DNA of 58,638 nt, filler included, from Fonticula-like sp. SCN 57-25 (lineage: Eukaryota), in NCBI GenBank assembly GCA_001724245.1. It is 3 parts of 3 records of this genome, joined end to end, with 100 filler letters (N's around TTAATTAATTAA, not from the genome) between each part and the next. Parts side by side here need not be neighbours in the genome. Positions count along the whole stretch, not along the records: positions 38,761 to 58,638 come from MEDX01000107.1; 2 more parts are not named here. One strand, given 5' to 3'. Of the stretch, positions 50,044 to 58,638 are shown in pieces. The notes under the pieces are model-generated. The model ran no database searches. It had not been told where the DNA came from and saw only the letters and a program-made list of their open reading frames with translations. Within the stretch, counting starts at the first letter, position 1; each line of letters opens with the position of its first letter. The position numbers were made by a program, and so were the translations under genes.

Positions 50044-51371
50044 ATGGAGTCGCAGCTCGAAGAGGTGGTGCCGTTCCTGGAGGATGGCCGCGCGAATGTG
50101 CGGTTTACTGCGCTTGAGGTTTTGCTTTCTGTTTCGTCCAGCGCAGAGTTTATGACGTTTCTTCGCTCTCGCCCGACCCTAATTGATCGCCTTGTGGAGC
50201 TTGTTTCTGACGAGACTGTTGTTGCCGAGAGCGCCATCAAGCTGCTTGTCAATGCCAGCGGCGATCCCTTGGTGCAGCGCCGGCTGGACACTGAAAAGGC
50301 GCTTGCGAACGTGTTTCGCGTTGTCGTCAATCCCTCTGCGGGCCACGCCGACTTTGCCGCGATGCTCCTTTCGAATGTAACTCGCCTCGAGAGCGCGTGC
50401 GGCCGCCTGGCGCAGCTGGAGGACCCCACGTGGCGTGGGTCCCGCGTGCTGCGCCTCGTGAGCCTCCTGGACGCGGCGGAAAACACGCGGCGCTGCGAGC
50501 TGCACCACGTGGCGAGCGTCGTGGCGAACGTGACGCGCGTGCCCGAAGTGCGCGCGGTCCTTCTCGCCGGCGACGGCGCCACCGAGCGCCTCGCCATGCT
50601 CGCTAGGCAGGCAGGCCACGATGACGTCACGCGCAGGCTTGGTGCCCTTGCAGCCATAAAGTACGTTCCTATTTGAGGCAGTATTGGTGGGACGTGGAAA
50701 GTGAACTACGCGGCAACGATGGCGGTGCTGCCTGGCTGATAAACAAGGCCATGTGGAGCGCTGCTTTACGGGTGGTGGCTATTTTTTTATTTATGTTTTT
50801 GGCTTGACGCTAACGGCTACGTTGCAGGCACTGCTCCTTTGAGGTTGAGCGCCACGAGGCGATTTTGAATGAGAACACTGGCGTCGTCAAGGCGCTGCTG
50901 ACGCTCATCGCGACACCGAGCGACTTTATCGACGAAGAGGTGCGTTGCTATTGGCTAATATATTGATTTTACAATGCTGATTGGTGGAACAGGAGCGGAT
51001 AGCTGCGCCGGCGTACCTCACGGGGCTCGCGAGCGACAAGAAGCGCGACTCGGACGAGCGCGTTCGTCTGCTTGTCGTCGAGGCGCTTGTGCTTCTTTGC
51101 GGGACGCGCGCGGGTCGCGACCTGATGCGCAAGCTGCAGCTGGTGCGGACACATTGCCCCATATGTGAACGGTGAAATGCTGACACTTTGATAGTACGCG
51201 GTCGTGCGCCAGATGCACTTGGACGAGGAGAGCGAGGCGGTGCAGGCCGCCCTCGAGGAGATGGTCAACCTGCTCGTGCGCGACGAGACGGCCGAGGGCG
51301 CTGCCGAGGAGGACAAGGTGACCGAGATCGTCGACCAGTCGCACCTGGAGGAGGGGATTTCATTCGCCTAA
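50044..51371 (+). CDS. HGH1: Hgh1 (eEF2 chaperone, DUF383/384)
   Basis: LEEVVPFL...VRFTALE, LLVNASGD, AAMLLSNVTR, LHHVASVVANVT, RRLGALAAIK.CSFE, DKKRDSDERVRLLVVEALVLLCGTRAGRDLMR and YAVVRQMHL...VNLLVRDE. Confidence 0.92.
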
Positions 51372-51561
51372 GACAATTAGTTCACGCACTGTAACAATAC
51401 ACTGAGCAAAGTATGCGAAAATAGCATGGAACACTATATCAAAGCGCAAATCTTTCTTCTTTGCCTTGTTTGCGATGAGCCCATACTAGAAATGAGAAAT
51501 ATTATTACTGTATTCTATTATTCATGAGGTATATAATTGATCCATTATCTGTACAGGTGTT

Positions 51562-54460
51562 TTACATTTCAGAAACCAGAATTGACGTGATGGCGAGCGC
51601 GGCCGCCGCGACGGCATAAAAGAGCACGTACGGCACGACGACTGCTCTGCCGACCATAAACACGGCAATCGCCTGGACGACCCTCACGAGCACTGCGCCC
51701 GTCCCCTTTCCGCTGCTTCCTTTACCCACGCGCGTGAGCGCCATCGCCGACGCGACAAGCGCAATGAACGGCGCGAGCGCCAGCGGATCGCGGTCGTGCG
51801 GCGCAAACGCGTTCATCAGCGCTCCCACGTTGGATGAAAGCCAAGTGGACTCGCCAGCATGCCACGGCCACTCGTGCGGGAGCATCCAAAGCGGCCATTC
51901 GTCGTCGAGCGGGCGCGCTGAGCGGAACCACCCGGCCGACAGCGGCGCCGTCCCAATCAGCATCAGCGCCAAAACCACAAGCAGACCCACGTGAACACGG
52001 TGCGCCTGCGCGTGCGCATCCCCTCTAAATACCCACGTGGCAACTGCCGAACGAACGCATGTCACAAGGTGCACGAGCACGACGAGCCCAAAGGCCACAT
52101 GGTACGGCACTGCAACAGCGACTGCCGCGAGCGCCGCAGCGACAGCTACAGCAACAGAGGCTGGACCGACGCCGCTCGCTCCCGCTTCGTCCGTTCCTTC
52201 ATCGGTCGACCGCCTGCCGCGCTTGATGAGAACGAGGGCGTACGCGGGCGCCGCGAGCACGAGCACGACAAGCTCAATGAGAACGCTGACAATGAGAAGA
52301 ACGCCGATGGCAAGAAGGAGAAGCACAGGGAGAAGGAGGACCGTCTCGTCGCGGCCGAGGAGCACCTGGTACCGCCACGCTTGCAGCGCTTCGGGCAGAA
52401 CGGCGTGCGTCTGCAGCGCGCAGAGCGCCGCGGCGGCGAGCGCAAAGAGAGGCGCGCGGCGGAGTATGTCGCGCGCCACTACGGCGCGGAACGACGGCAC
52501 GTCGCGGTTGCGCACGCGCCACCGCAGCTGGTACCCGACGACGCCGACGGCAAGCGACAGCGGCAGAACAATGATCGCCAGTGCGTAGCGGCGCGCCACT
52601 TGCGCAAGCGTGTTGAACGCGTCGATGTGCACGTCCAGCTGCGGCGCAGTGGTGCAGAACGGATCGCGCAGTAGTGTCACGAGAACGTACGGCGCGCCGC
52701 CCTCGAGGTCCCCGTAAAGGTATCCGTGCGGCGCATTGACGCCGTGAGGAACAATCGGCACCGGCGCATCAAAGCGGCCGTTCACTTTGACCTCCTCAAA
52801 CGCCGACACGGAGCGCTGCAGCACCAGCGGCGCGCACTGCGGGTCGTCGCGCACCACCAGCGCGCCCCCTACGAGCGAGCTGCCAAGGGGCGCGGGAAGA
52901 CGCCACGTCTGGGCGAGGCGGCCGCGCGCCGCCGGCAGCGCCACGGACGACACCCAGAGCGACCACGGCGACGCGAGCGGTACTTCAATAGGCGCCTCGT
53001 CATCGGCGCTGCCGCGCTCAACCACCAGGGAGCAGCGGGGAGGAACCTCAATCACAATAAACGGCTCGGGGGTCGAGACCTCGAGCAGCACGGCGAGCGA
53101 ACCGTCCGACGGGTGCGGAAGCGGCATAAGCGCCGCCGACACACCTGTGACGTCGTCCGGTGACCGCCCAGCCCACACGCTCAGCAGAGGCGTCGGTGTA
53201 CCACGTGGACCGCGGGCGTACGCGCGTACTGCGCCGCCGCCCGGTCCGAGCGAGACAACCATGTGGATGGGCGCGCTGTCAGGGGCCGTCGCGCGGTGCG
53301 GCACCGCGTCGGCGGCCGCGAGATCGGCGTCGTCGCGAGCGCCGCTCGGCGGGCGCTGCGCGTCGGCGGTGGCGGTCGGGCCAACGAGCGTCTCAGAGAG
53401 CGCCTCGAGGCGCTCGCTTAGCGGGAGAAGCGACGGGCCAAAGCCTTGCGCACGCAGAGCGCGAAGGACAGAATACACCGCCTGGCGGCACCACAGCACG
53501 CTCTGATGGTCAGCCCCAGTCCAGCACTGCGACAGAGCGGACGCAAAGGTCGTGAAGCAGTGCGAGCGAGGGCACACGAGCGACATGTCGCAAAGGTCGC
53601 TGTTGACAATAACGTCACGTGTGCCGCCCGCAATGGAGACAACAGAAACGTCCGACAAAAGCGCGCCTATAATTCATACACAGTTGGGTCGCGTGAGCGG
53701 AGAAATACAAAACGGGAAGCGAGCGCACTGTCGTTGTGGGCGCCAAAGAGGCGGTCGTGCCAAAAGGCGTTGACGGCGGTGTAAACGCTGCGGGCGGGTC
53801 AGTTAACGTATAGAACAAGGTGCGATCGCACTTGAAAAGCGGCCACTCAATGTTGTATGGTGGGGCAGCGTGCGGCGTGGCCAATGTAAAGATTGAGCGA
53901 ACAGATCCCGGCCTGTAGTTTGGCAGCGTGAACATGGCGCGGGCGATCACGCCGCCCATCGAGTGACCTATTATGACCACATGTTCCGCGTGCGGATAGC
54001 GCTCAAGCAGCAGCGCGACGGCGTCGTTGGCAAACTCGGCCTGCTCCATGAGACTCACGCCATAGAGCCCGGTGAACTCTTCATAGGCATCGACAGTGTA
54101 AAAGTCGAGCGCGGCAACGCCCTCGGCCCGCGCAGCCTCTGCCGCAAGCGAACGAACCTGCCGCGGGCTTCCGGCCGACCCAGGAATGAACAAAACGGGA
54201 AACCGCTCCCGCGGGCCGGGATGAACGCCACGCTCGGTGTAGCGGTACATGGCGTACTTGCTGCCGAAGCGCGACGCACCGACGGCCACCGTCGAGTAGG
54301 ACGGCTGCATAAATGTCATCTGGCACAGCGAAACTTCCTTGTCTATCGTCAGCTTCCACATCATCGCCGACAAAATTGCTGCGGTGGCGAGCGCCAGCGC
54401 TATCGCCGGAGTCGCCCGCAGAACTCGCCGCAGCACACCTCCACCGCCCTCCTGCGGCAT
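51562..54460 (-). CDS. BST1: GPI inositol-deacylase (PGAP1/Bst1)
   Basis: N-terminal TM, CQMTFMQPSY, PVLFIPGSAGSPRQVRSLA, IIGHSMGGVIAR (GxSxG lipase motif), TLATPH, SIAGGTRD, WTGADHQSVLWC and a C-terminal multi-TM region; two introns. Confidence 0.95.
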
Positions 54461-54928
54461 CGCTGACACGGTTTCCCTCCAAAAGGATCGGGAGATAAAA
54501 AAGTGACACCCCGGTTGGGACCAAGCAAGTGGCTTATAGCGTAGTCTTTATGTACAACAAAAACAAAAGACTACTTCGTCTCCGCGACCTCGCCCTTCAA
54601 CGTGACAAGTGTTTTGTGCCTTTGCTGGAAGAGAGCGTGTCAACGTTTGGTATGGTCTCGGTATCGGTATTGACTACTATGGTCCATACCACGACCCACT
54701 CCGGGCAATTTTTGAATGTGGATTTCTAGGAATGTGCAAACTGATCTGTAGTTTGCTTTGCTTGCGCCGAGGTGCGGGGAGACGCAAAAAGAAAGGGCCG
54801 ACGTGGACGGAAAACCTGTCAATTTTATTGGCACTCGAGCGACGTTTTCCGTTGTGTTTTGCTTTTTCTTTGTATTTTTTGTGTACTATCCATTGTATTG
54901 TTCATAGTGTATTGAGTGGAGTGATTTA

Positions 54929-55597
54929 ATGTCGCCTGAGCCGTCCATGCATCGAGCGGCAAGCGACGGTGATTTGGCCCGGGCGGCCACTGATCCCGAC
55001 GGCCGTCCGCTGACGCCGCGAGTGCAGACGCCGTTGAAGCAGCTTCTTTTCCGCCGTCTTATCCCATCCAAGACGCACTGGAAGTCTGACGACGAGGCTG
55101 CCGAATGCTTCAACCTCAATTGTCGCAAGCCCTTCACCATGTTTGATCGGCGCCATCACTGCCGTCGTTGCGGCAACATTTTCTGCAGCTCCTGCTGCAA
55201 GGATCAGCTCCGTCTTTCGCAGGACGCTCAGCCGATTGACGACGGTGTCCCCTGCCGCGTCTGCCACTTTTGCTTCAATGAGCACTTGAATCGGCCCGCC
55301 GAGACGACCGACTCGATCGTGACTGCGCCACCGCTTGATCAGCTCTTTGTTCGCCGCCCTTCGGTGGATCTCATGGCGACGACAGGCAAGGATGGGAGCA
55401 ACACAAGCATGGCCGGTTCGGAGGGCAGCACCCCGTCGTCCGTCGGAAGCGACTATGCGCGCGACGACAACACTGTCACGTTCTTTGCTGAGCGCCGACG
55501 CACGGCCCAGTTCAGGGACCAGCGACATAACGGAGGAAGGCGCCCGTCATTGGTCGCCGCTATGCTCGATGACAACCATAGCTGGAGCACATTCTAA
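54929..55597 (+). CDS. PIB2: Pib2-like FYVE protein
   Basis: PSKTHWKSDD, FYVE RRHHCRRCGNIFC...RVCHFC, and C-terminal tail HSWSTF resembling the Pib2 WxWSxF tail motif. Confidence 0.72.
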   Translation: MSPEPSMHRAASDGDLARAATDPDGRPLTPRVQTPLKQLLFRRLIPSKTHWKSDDEAAECFNLNCRKPFTMFDRRHHCRRCGNIFCSSCCKDQLRLSQDAQPIDDGVPCRVCHFCFNEHLNRPAETTDSIVTAPPLDQLFVRRPSVDLMATTGKDGSNTSMAGSEGSTPSSVGSDYARDDNTVTFFAERRRTAQFRDQRHNGGRRPSLVAAMLDDNHSWSTF

Positions 55598-55669
55598 TCA
55601 TGTTGTTGCTCTATTACGTATCACCTTTTTTCCATTTTGAAGCATATTGTACGTTTCTATTTTGTACTT

Positions 55670-56272
55670 TTATATAAGCGAATACCATACTCCTCTGATA
55701 CCCGAATTGTACGCATTGTCCCACGCCGCCTCGATGTCGTCCTCGCCACCATGCGATGTACGTGCGCTGCTGCTTGCACTCGCAACAATGCCAAGTGAGC
55801 TCTTGCCCTGCTCGACGTCGGCAAGAGTTTCATCGGCAATGCTTGCGCTGCAACAAAAAACGGCGTAGGCAACATGCACTGTAAAGGCAGCGAGAAGGGC
55901 GACAAGCGACGCGAGGGAAAGCAGAGGTTGCAAGCACGCGGTGCACAGGGAGAGCACCGCCAGCCAAAATGCCGTCGAGCTCAGAAAGATGATCGCCAAA
56001 AGGCAGGCGCGCGATCGGCAAAGCGCAGTATAATGAATGTGAGCAGCAGGTGGGACTGCCTCTTTCGTGTCCTTACCCAGGCGGGAGAGCTGCCTGAGTG
56101 CGCCATATGTGTAGGTTTCGTTGACGGCTGCGTGCAGGAAGAGGATGACGGCGAGGGAGCCGGTCACGAAAGCATAGGCAAAGTATTGCGTCGAAAAAGC
56201 GGCGTCTGAGGAAAGCGAGGAACATTGCAGAAAGGACTGCGCCGCGTCTTGAAAGGCGCGCGTCAGCTCCAT
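55670..56272 (-). CDS. small uncharacterised membrane protein (about 3 TM)
   Basis: 200-aa ATG-initiated ORF with hydrophobic segments and AT-rich flanks. Confidence 0.6.
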   Translation of the reverse strand: MELTRAFQDAAQSFLQCSSLSSDAAFSTQYFAYAFVTGSLAVILFLHAAVNETYTYGALRQLSRLGKDTKEAVPPAAHIHYTALCRSRACLLAIIFLSSTAFWLAVLSLCTACLQPLLSLASLVALLAAFTVHVAYAVFCCSASIADETLADVEQGKSSLGIVASASSSARTSHGGEDDIEAAWDNAYNSGIRGVWYSLI

Positions 56273-56763
56273 GGCGGATCTCGATGGCGTCGGCGATCGA
56301 CAGACTGCCTCGACATGTACTCCCTACATTTTGATTGGTCGAGAGAAGAGTGACCAAAAAATGACATCACACTATGAAAAAATCTTTGAACTGCCTCGGA
56401 TTCCATGCAACCTCCAAATTGCATTATTCTGAAACACAGGAAAAACGCAGAAAAGTGTAATAGGCTCTCATTGCATGACTGCTGCTTGATGATCCTGCAT
56501 GCATCATGCAGGGTACCCATTAATGCAATATTTGTTTGCAGTATAGATTCCAATCGACATTGCATAATGCAGTAATTCTTAGAAATATTTTTTAATAGTG
56601 AGACTTGCCAGCAACGCATACTTAGCACAATAGCACAATGAAATGACATCAATCGTCGATGTGACATTCGCTTTGTGTTGCACAACGTTAGTTGAGCAGT
56701 AGAAGGAATCAAGCACGGTATATTAACCTATACTACAACGCTCAAAGAATGCCAGCTGTGCGG

Positions 56764-57456
56764 TTAGGCCCGCTCAGCCAACAGTTCCCAGAAAGAAAAG
56801 ACAACAGCCAATGCGGCCGTTGCGTAGAACCGCTGGATCGGGACCTGACTGTAAACGCCCTCAAACATTTCCTCGTTCAGGTAGTACACGACGCTCCTGC
56901 TGACAGCAAATGTGAGCACGCCCGTTGCAGTGCTGTGCGTGTCGCTGGAGGCAAAGAGGGCAAGCAGGAAGGGAAGGACGACAAGATAGAGGCCCCACTG
57001 CTTGATCTCTGCGCTAAAGAAAGGCGTGGCCTCGAGGTTGAACTCAAAGGCGGCCAGCTCGTACAACACAGCAACGGCCACAATCCACGAAGCGCGAACA
57101 ATGCGATTGCTGCGCTTGCCTTCGCTAACCTGCGTCGATTGCACGTAGGTGGGCGCCTGGGGCGAAGCAGCCGCGGGCGACGCAACTGCTGGCGAGCGGC
57201 GGGCGGAAGGCTGCTCATCTTCCTTGATGCGGGAAGGCGTCGGGGTCACCGGTGTATCGCCCTCAGACGAAGCCGGAAGATCGCTGCTGGTGACCGTGTT
57301 ACCAGTCATAAGAACATCGAGGATCACGCGCTCCAAACGATCCTGCATATCGGACCGGCGGCCTTCGGCGGGGATCCCGTACGCCTGGCACAGCTCAGTA
57401 AGCTCGTCCTTGCGCATGCGGCCAAGCTGGGCCTTGTTCGGGGTGGGGGGAGCCAT
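56764..57456 (-). CDS. SAP-domain protein with about four C-terminal TM helices
   Basis: LGRMRKDELTELCQAYGIPAEGRRSDMQDRL fits the SAP consensus, followed by an S/TP-rich linker and four hydrophobic segments. Confidence 0.78.
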   Translation of the reverse strand: MAPPTPNKAQLGRMRKDELTELCQAYGIPAEGRRSDMQDRLERVILDVLMTGNTVTSSDLPASSEGDTPVTPTPSRIKEDEQPSARRSPAVASPAAASPQAPTYVQSTQVSEGKRSNRIVRASWIVAVAVLYELAAFEFNLEATPFFSAEIKQWGLYLVVLPFLLALFASSDTHSTATGVLTFAVSRSVVYYLNEEMFEGVYSQVPIQRFYATAALAVVFSFWELLAERA

Positions 57457-57665
57457 GACGACAAAGCACTAGCCCAACAGACAGCGAATAAGCAAGCGCA
57501 CAGACCGAATGCGTGCGCGGCATACCGTAAACTGCGACCTTGAAGGTTGTGGAGTTGGTTGGGTGGTTTTGTTAGCCCCGTTGCGGTTGCTATTATTATA
57601 ACGGTCGATGGGCGATACGTCATTGGTGACGTCACTTTCCCGCCTTTTTTGAATCGGTGTGTGAG

Positions 57666-58475
57666 ATGTCGACCAGCGGAGATGCGGTCGTGGCGGAAGC
57701 CCGACGGCTGATGGGGCAAGTCGAGACCGTCAGTACAGTAGAAGAGTTGGACGCTTTAGAAGATCTGGTGACCGTGCTGTCCGGAAAACTGTCGAGCATT
57801 GCTGCCACGCTTCCTTCGTATGATCTCCGAACTGCGCTCTTGCAGATCCGTCAGGCCAGCGACGCGTGCACGGCTCGGCGCGAACAGCTTACTCCTCGTT
57901 TAAAATTCAAGTTTTCTTCTCGGCGACCAATTGACAGTATGGATAGGCCGGCTGCAAGTGGTGAACAAGCGCCGGACATGGTGAAAGAGCGCACAGCTGA
58001 ACCGTCTGCAGCCTCGCACCATTTTTCACTGCAGAACGTCACCGGTGAGACGTTGTCACTGCAGACGGGAGGCCGTCCCGTGCTGCTGTCGCAACTATCA
58101 AACTGCACGATTACGGTTGACGAGTCTGTTCCGCTTGCCACGCTATCCGAACTCAAAGGATGCACCATTCGACTCAGCGCCGTTTGCGCTGCTCTCTTTG
58201 TATCGCAGTGCTCCGATTGTGTCATAGAAGCGTCCTGTCGTCAGCTCCGTGTGCACACGACGCACGATACGAGGTTTAGCTTGTGGGTGAGTTCGACACC
58301 GATCATCGAGGACTCGAATGGGCTACTATTTTCGCAGCGCGATCCGCATAACCGCACGTTCGATTCATCGAGCCTGAATGAGGTTCAAGTAGAGAATCAG
58401 TGGGACCGCGTCCAAGACTTTTCATGGTTGAGGAAAGACCGGCCCTCCTCCAACTGGTCGACCACCACTGTATAG
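57666..58475 (+). CDS. TBCC: tubulin-folding cofactor C
   Basis: LPSYDLR, LTPRLKFKFS; C-CAP/TBCC beta-helix SCRQLRVHTTHDTRFSLWVSSTPIIEDS; NQWDRVQDFSWLR...SSNW. Confidence 0.95.
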   Translation: MSTSGDAVVAEARRLMGQVETVSTVEELDALEDLVTVLSGKLSSIAATLPSYDLRTALLQIRQASDACTARREQLTPRLKFKFSSRRPIDSMDRPAASGEQAPDMVKERTAEPSAASHHFSLQNVTGETLSLQTGGRPVLLSQLSNCTITVDESVPLATLSELKGCTIRLSAVCAALFVSQCSDCVIEASCRQLRVHTTHDTRFSLWVSSTPIIEDSNGLLFSQRDPHNRTFDSSSLNEVQVENQWDRVQDFSWLRKDRPSSNWSTTTV

Positions 58476-58638
58476 TATTGTATATTTGCCGTTGTTCCGT
58501 TATAATATTGTCTCAGGTGGTGTGGCGATGCTTCATATATAAGTCAATCTTAAATTCTACATTTAACTGTATAATATAGGGGCCAAAGCCTTTACTATGC
58601 GTTTTTTTACAACTCGTGCAACAATCCTCAGTTACCAG

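Overview
Compact, intron-rich eukaryotic DNA read with the standard code. Introns are mostly 40-70 nt with GTRCG donors, CTRAC branch points and YAG acceptors. The window is three segments joined by artificial 100-nt N44-TTAATTAATTAA-N44 spacers (19325-19424, 38661-38760), so adjacency across the spacers means nothing. About 27 protein-coding genes can be reconstructed by eye. Segment 1: a Ser-rich protein with a PKI-like motif, VPS13, a CRIB+PH protein, two Crinkler/RHS-type NTPase paralogs and a DUF202 protein. Segment 2: kinesin-8, a SIK1/Dst1-type STE20 kinase, NOL7/Bud21-like, SPT7, a Macro+EEP fusion, MDM1/SNX13-14-25 and a carnitine acetyltransferase. Segment 3: a TRIM/RBCC ligase, SLX9, MBF1, TMCO1, a membrane protein, a SAM-PH-PDZ scaffold, an ING-N+SGF29 chimera, MTRFR, HGH1, BST1/PGAP1, a PIB2-like FYVE protein, a small membrane protein, a SAP-TM protein and TBCC. 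The mix of fungal-type and non-Dikarya genes suggests an early-branching opisthokont (inference). The best novelty candidates are (1) a spliced Macro-domain + CCR4/nocturnin/Angel-type EEP + Q/H-repeat protein, (2) an ING N-terminal domain joined to an SGF29 tandem Tudor instead of a PHD finger, (3) a Crinkler-like effector pair, (4) a CNK-like SAM-PH-PDZ scaffold and (5) a PKI-like PKA pseudosubstrate protein. All family calls come from motif recognition by eye; no database searches were run, and exon boundaries are manual.
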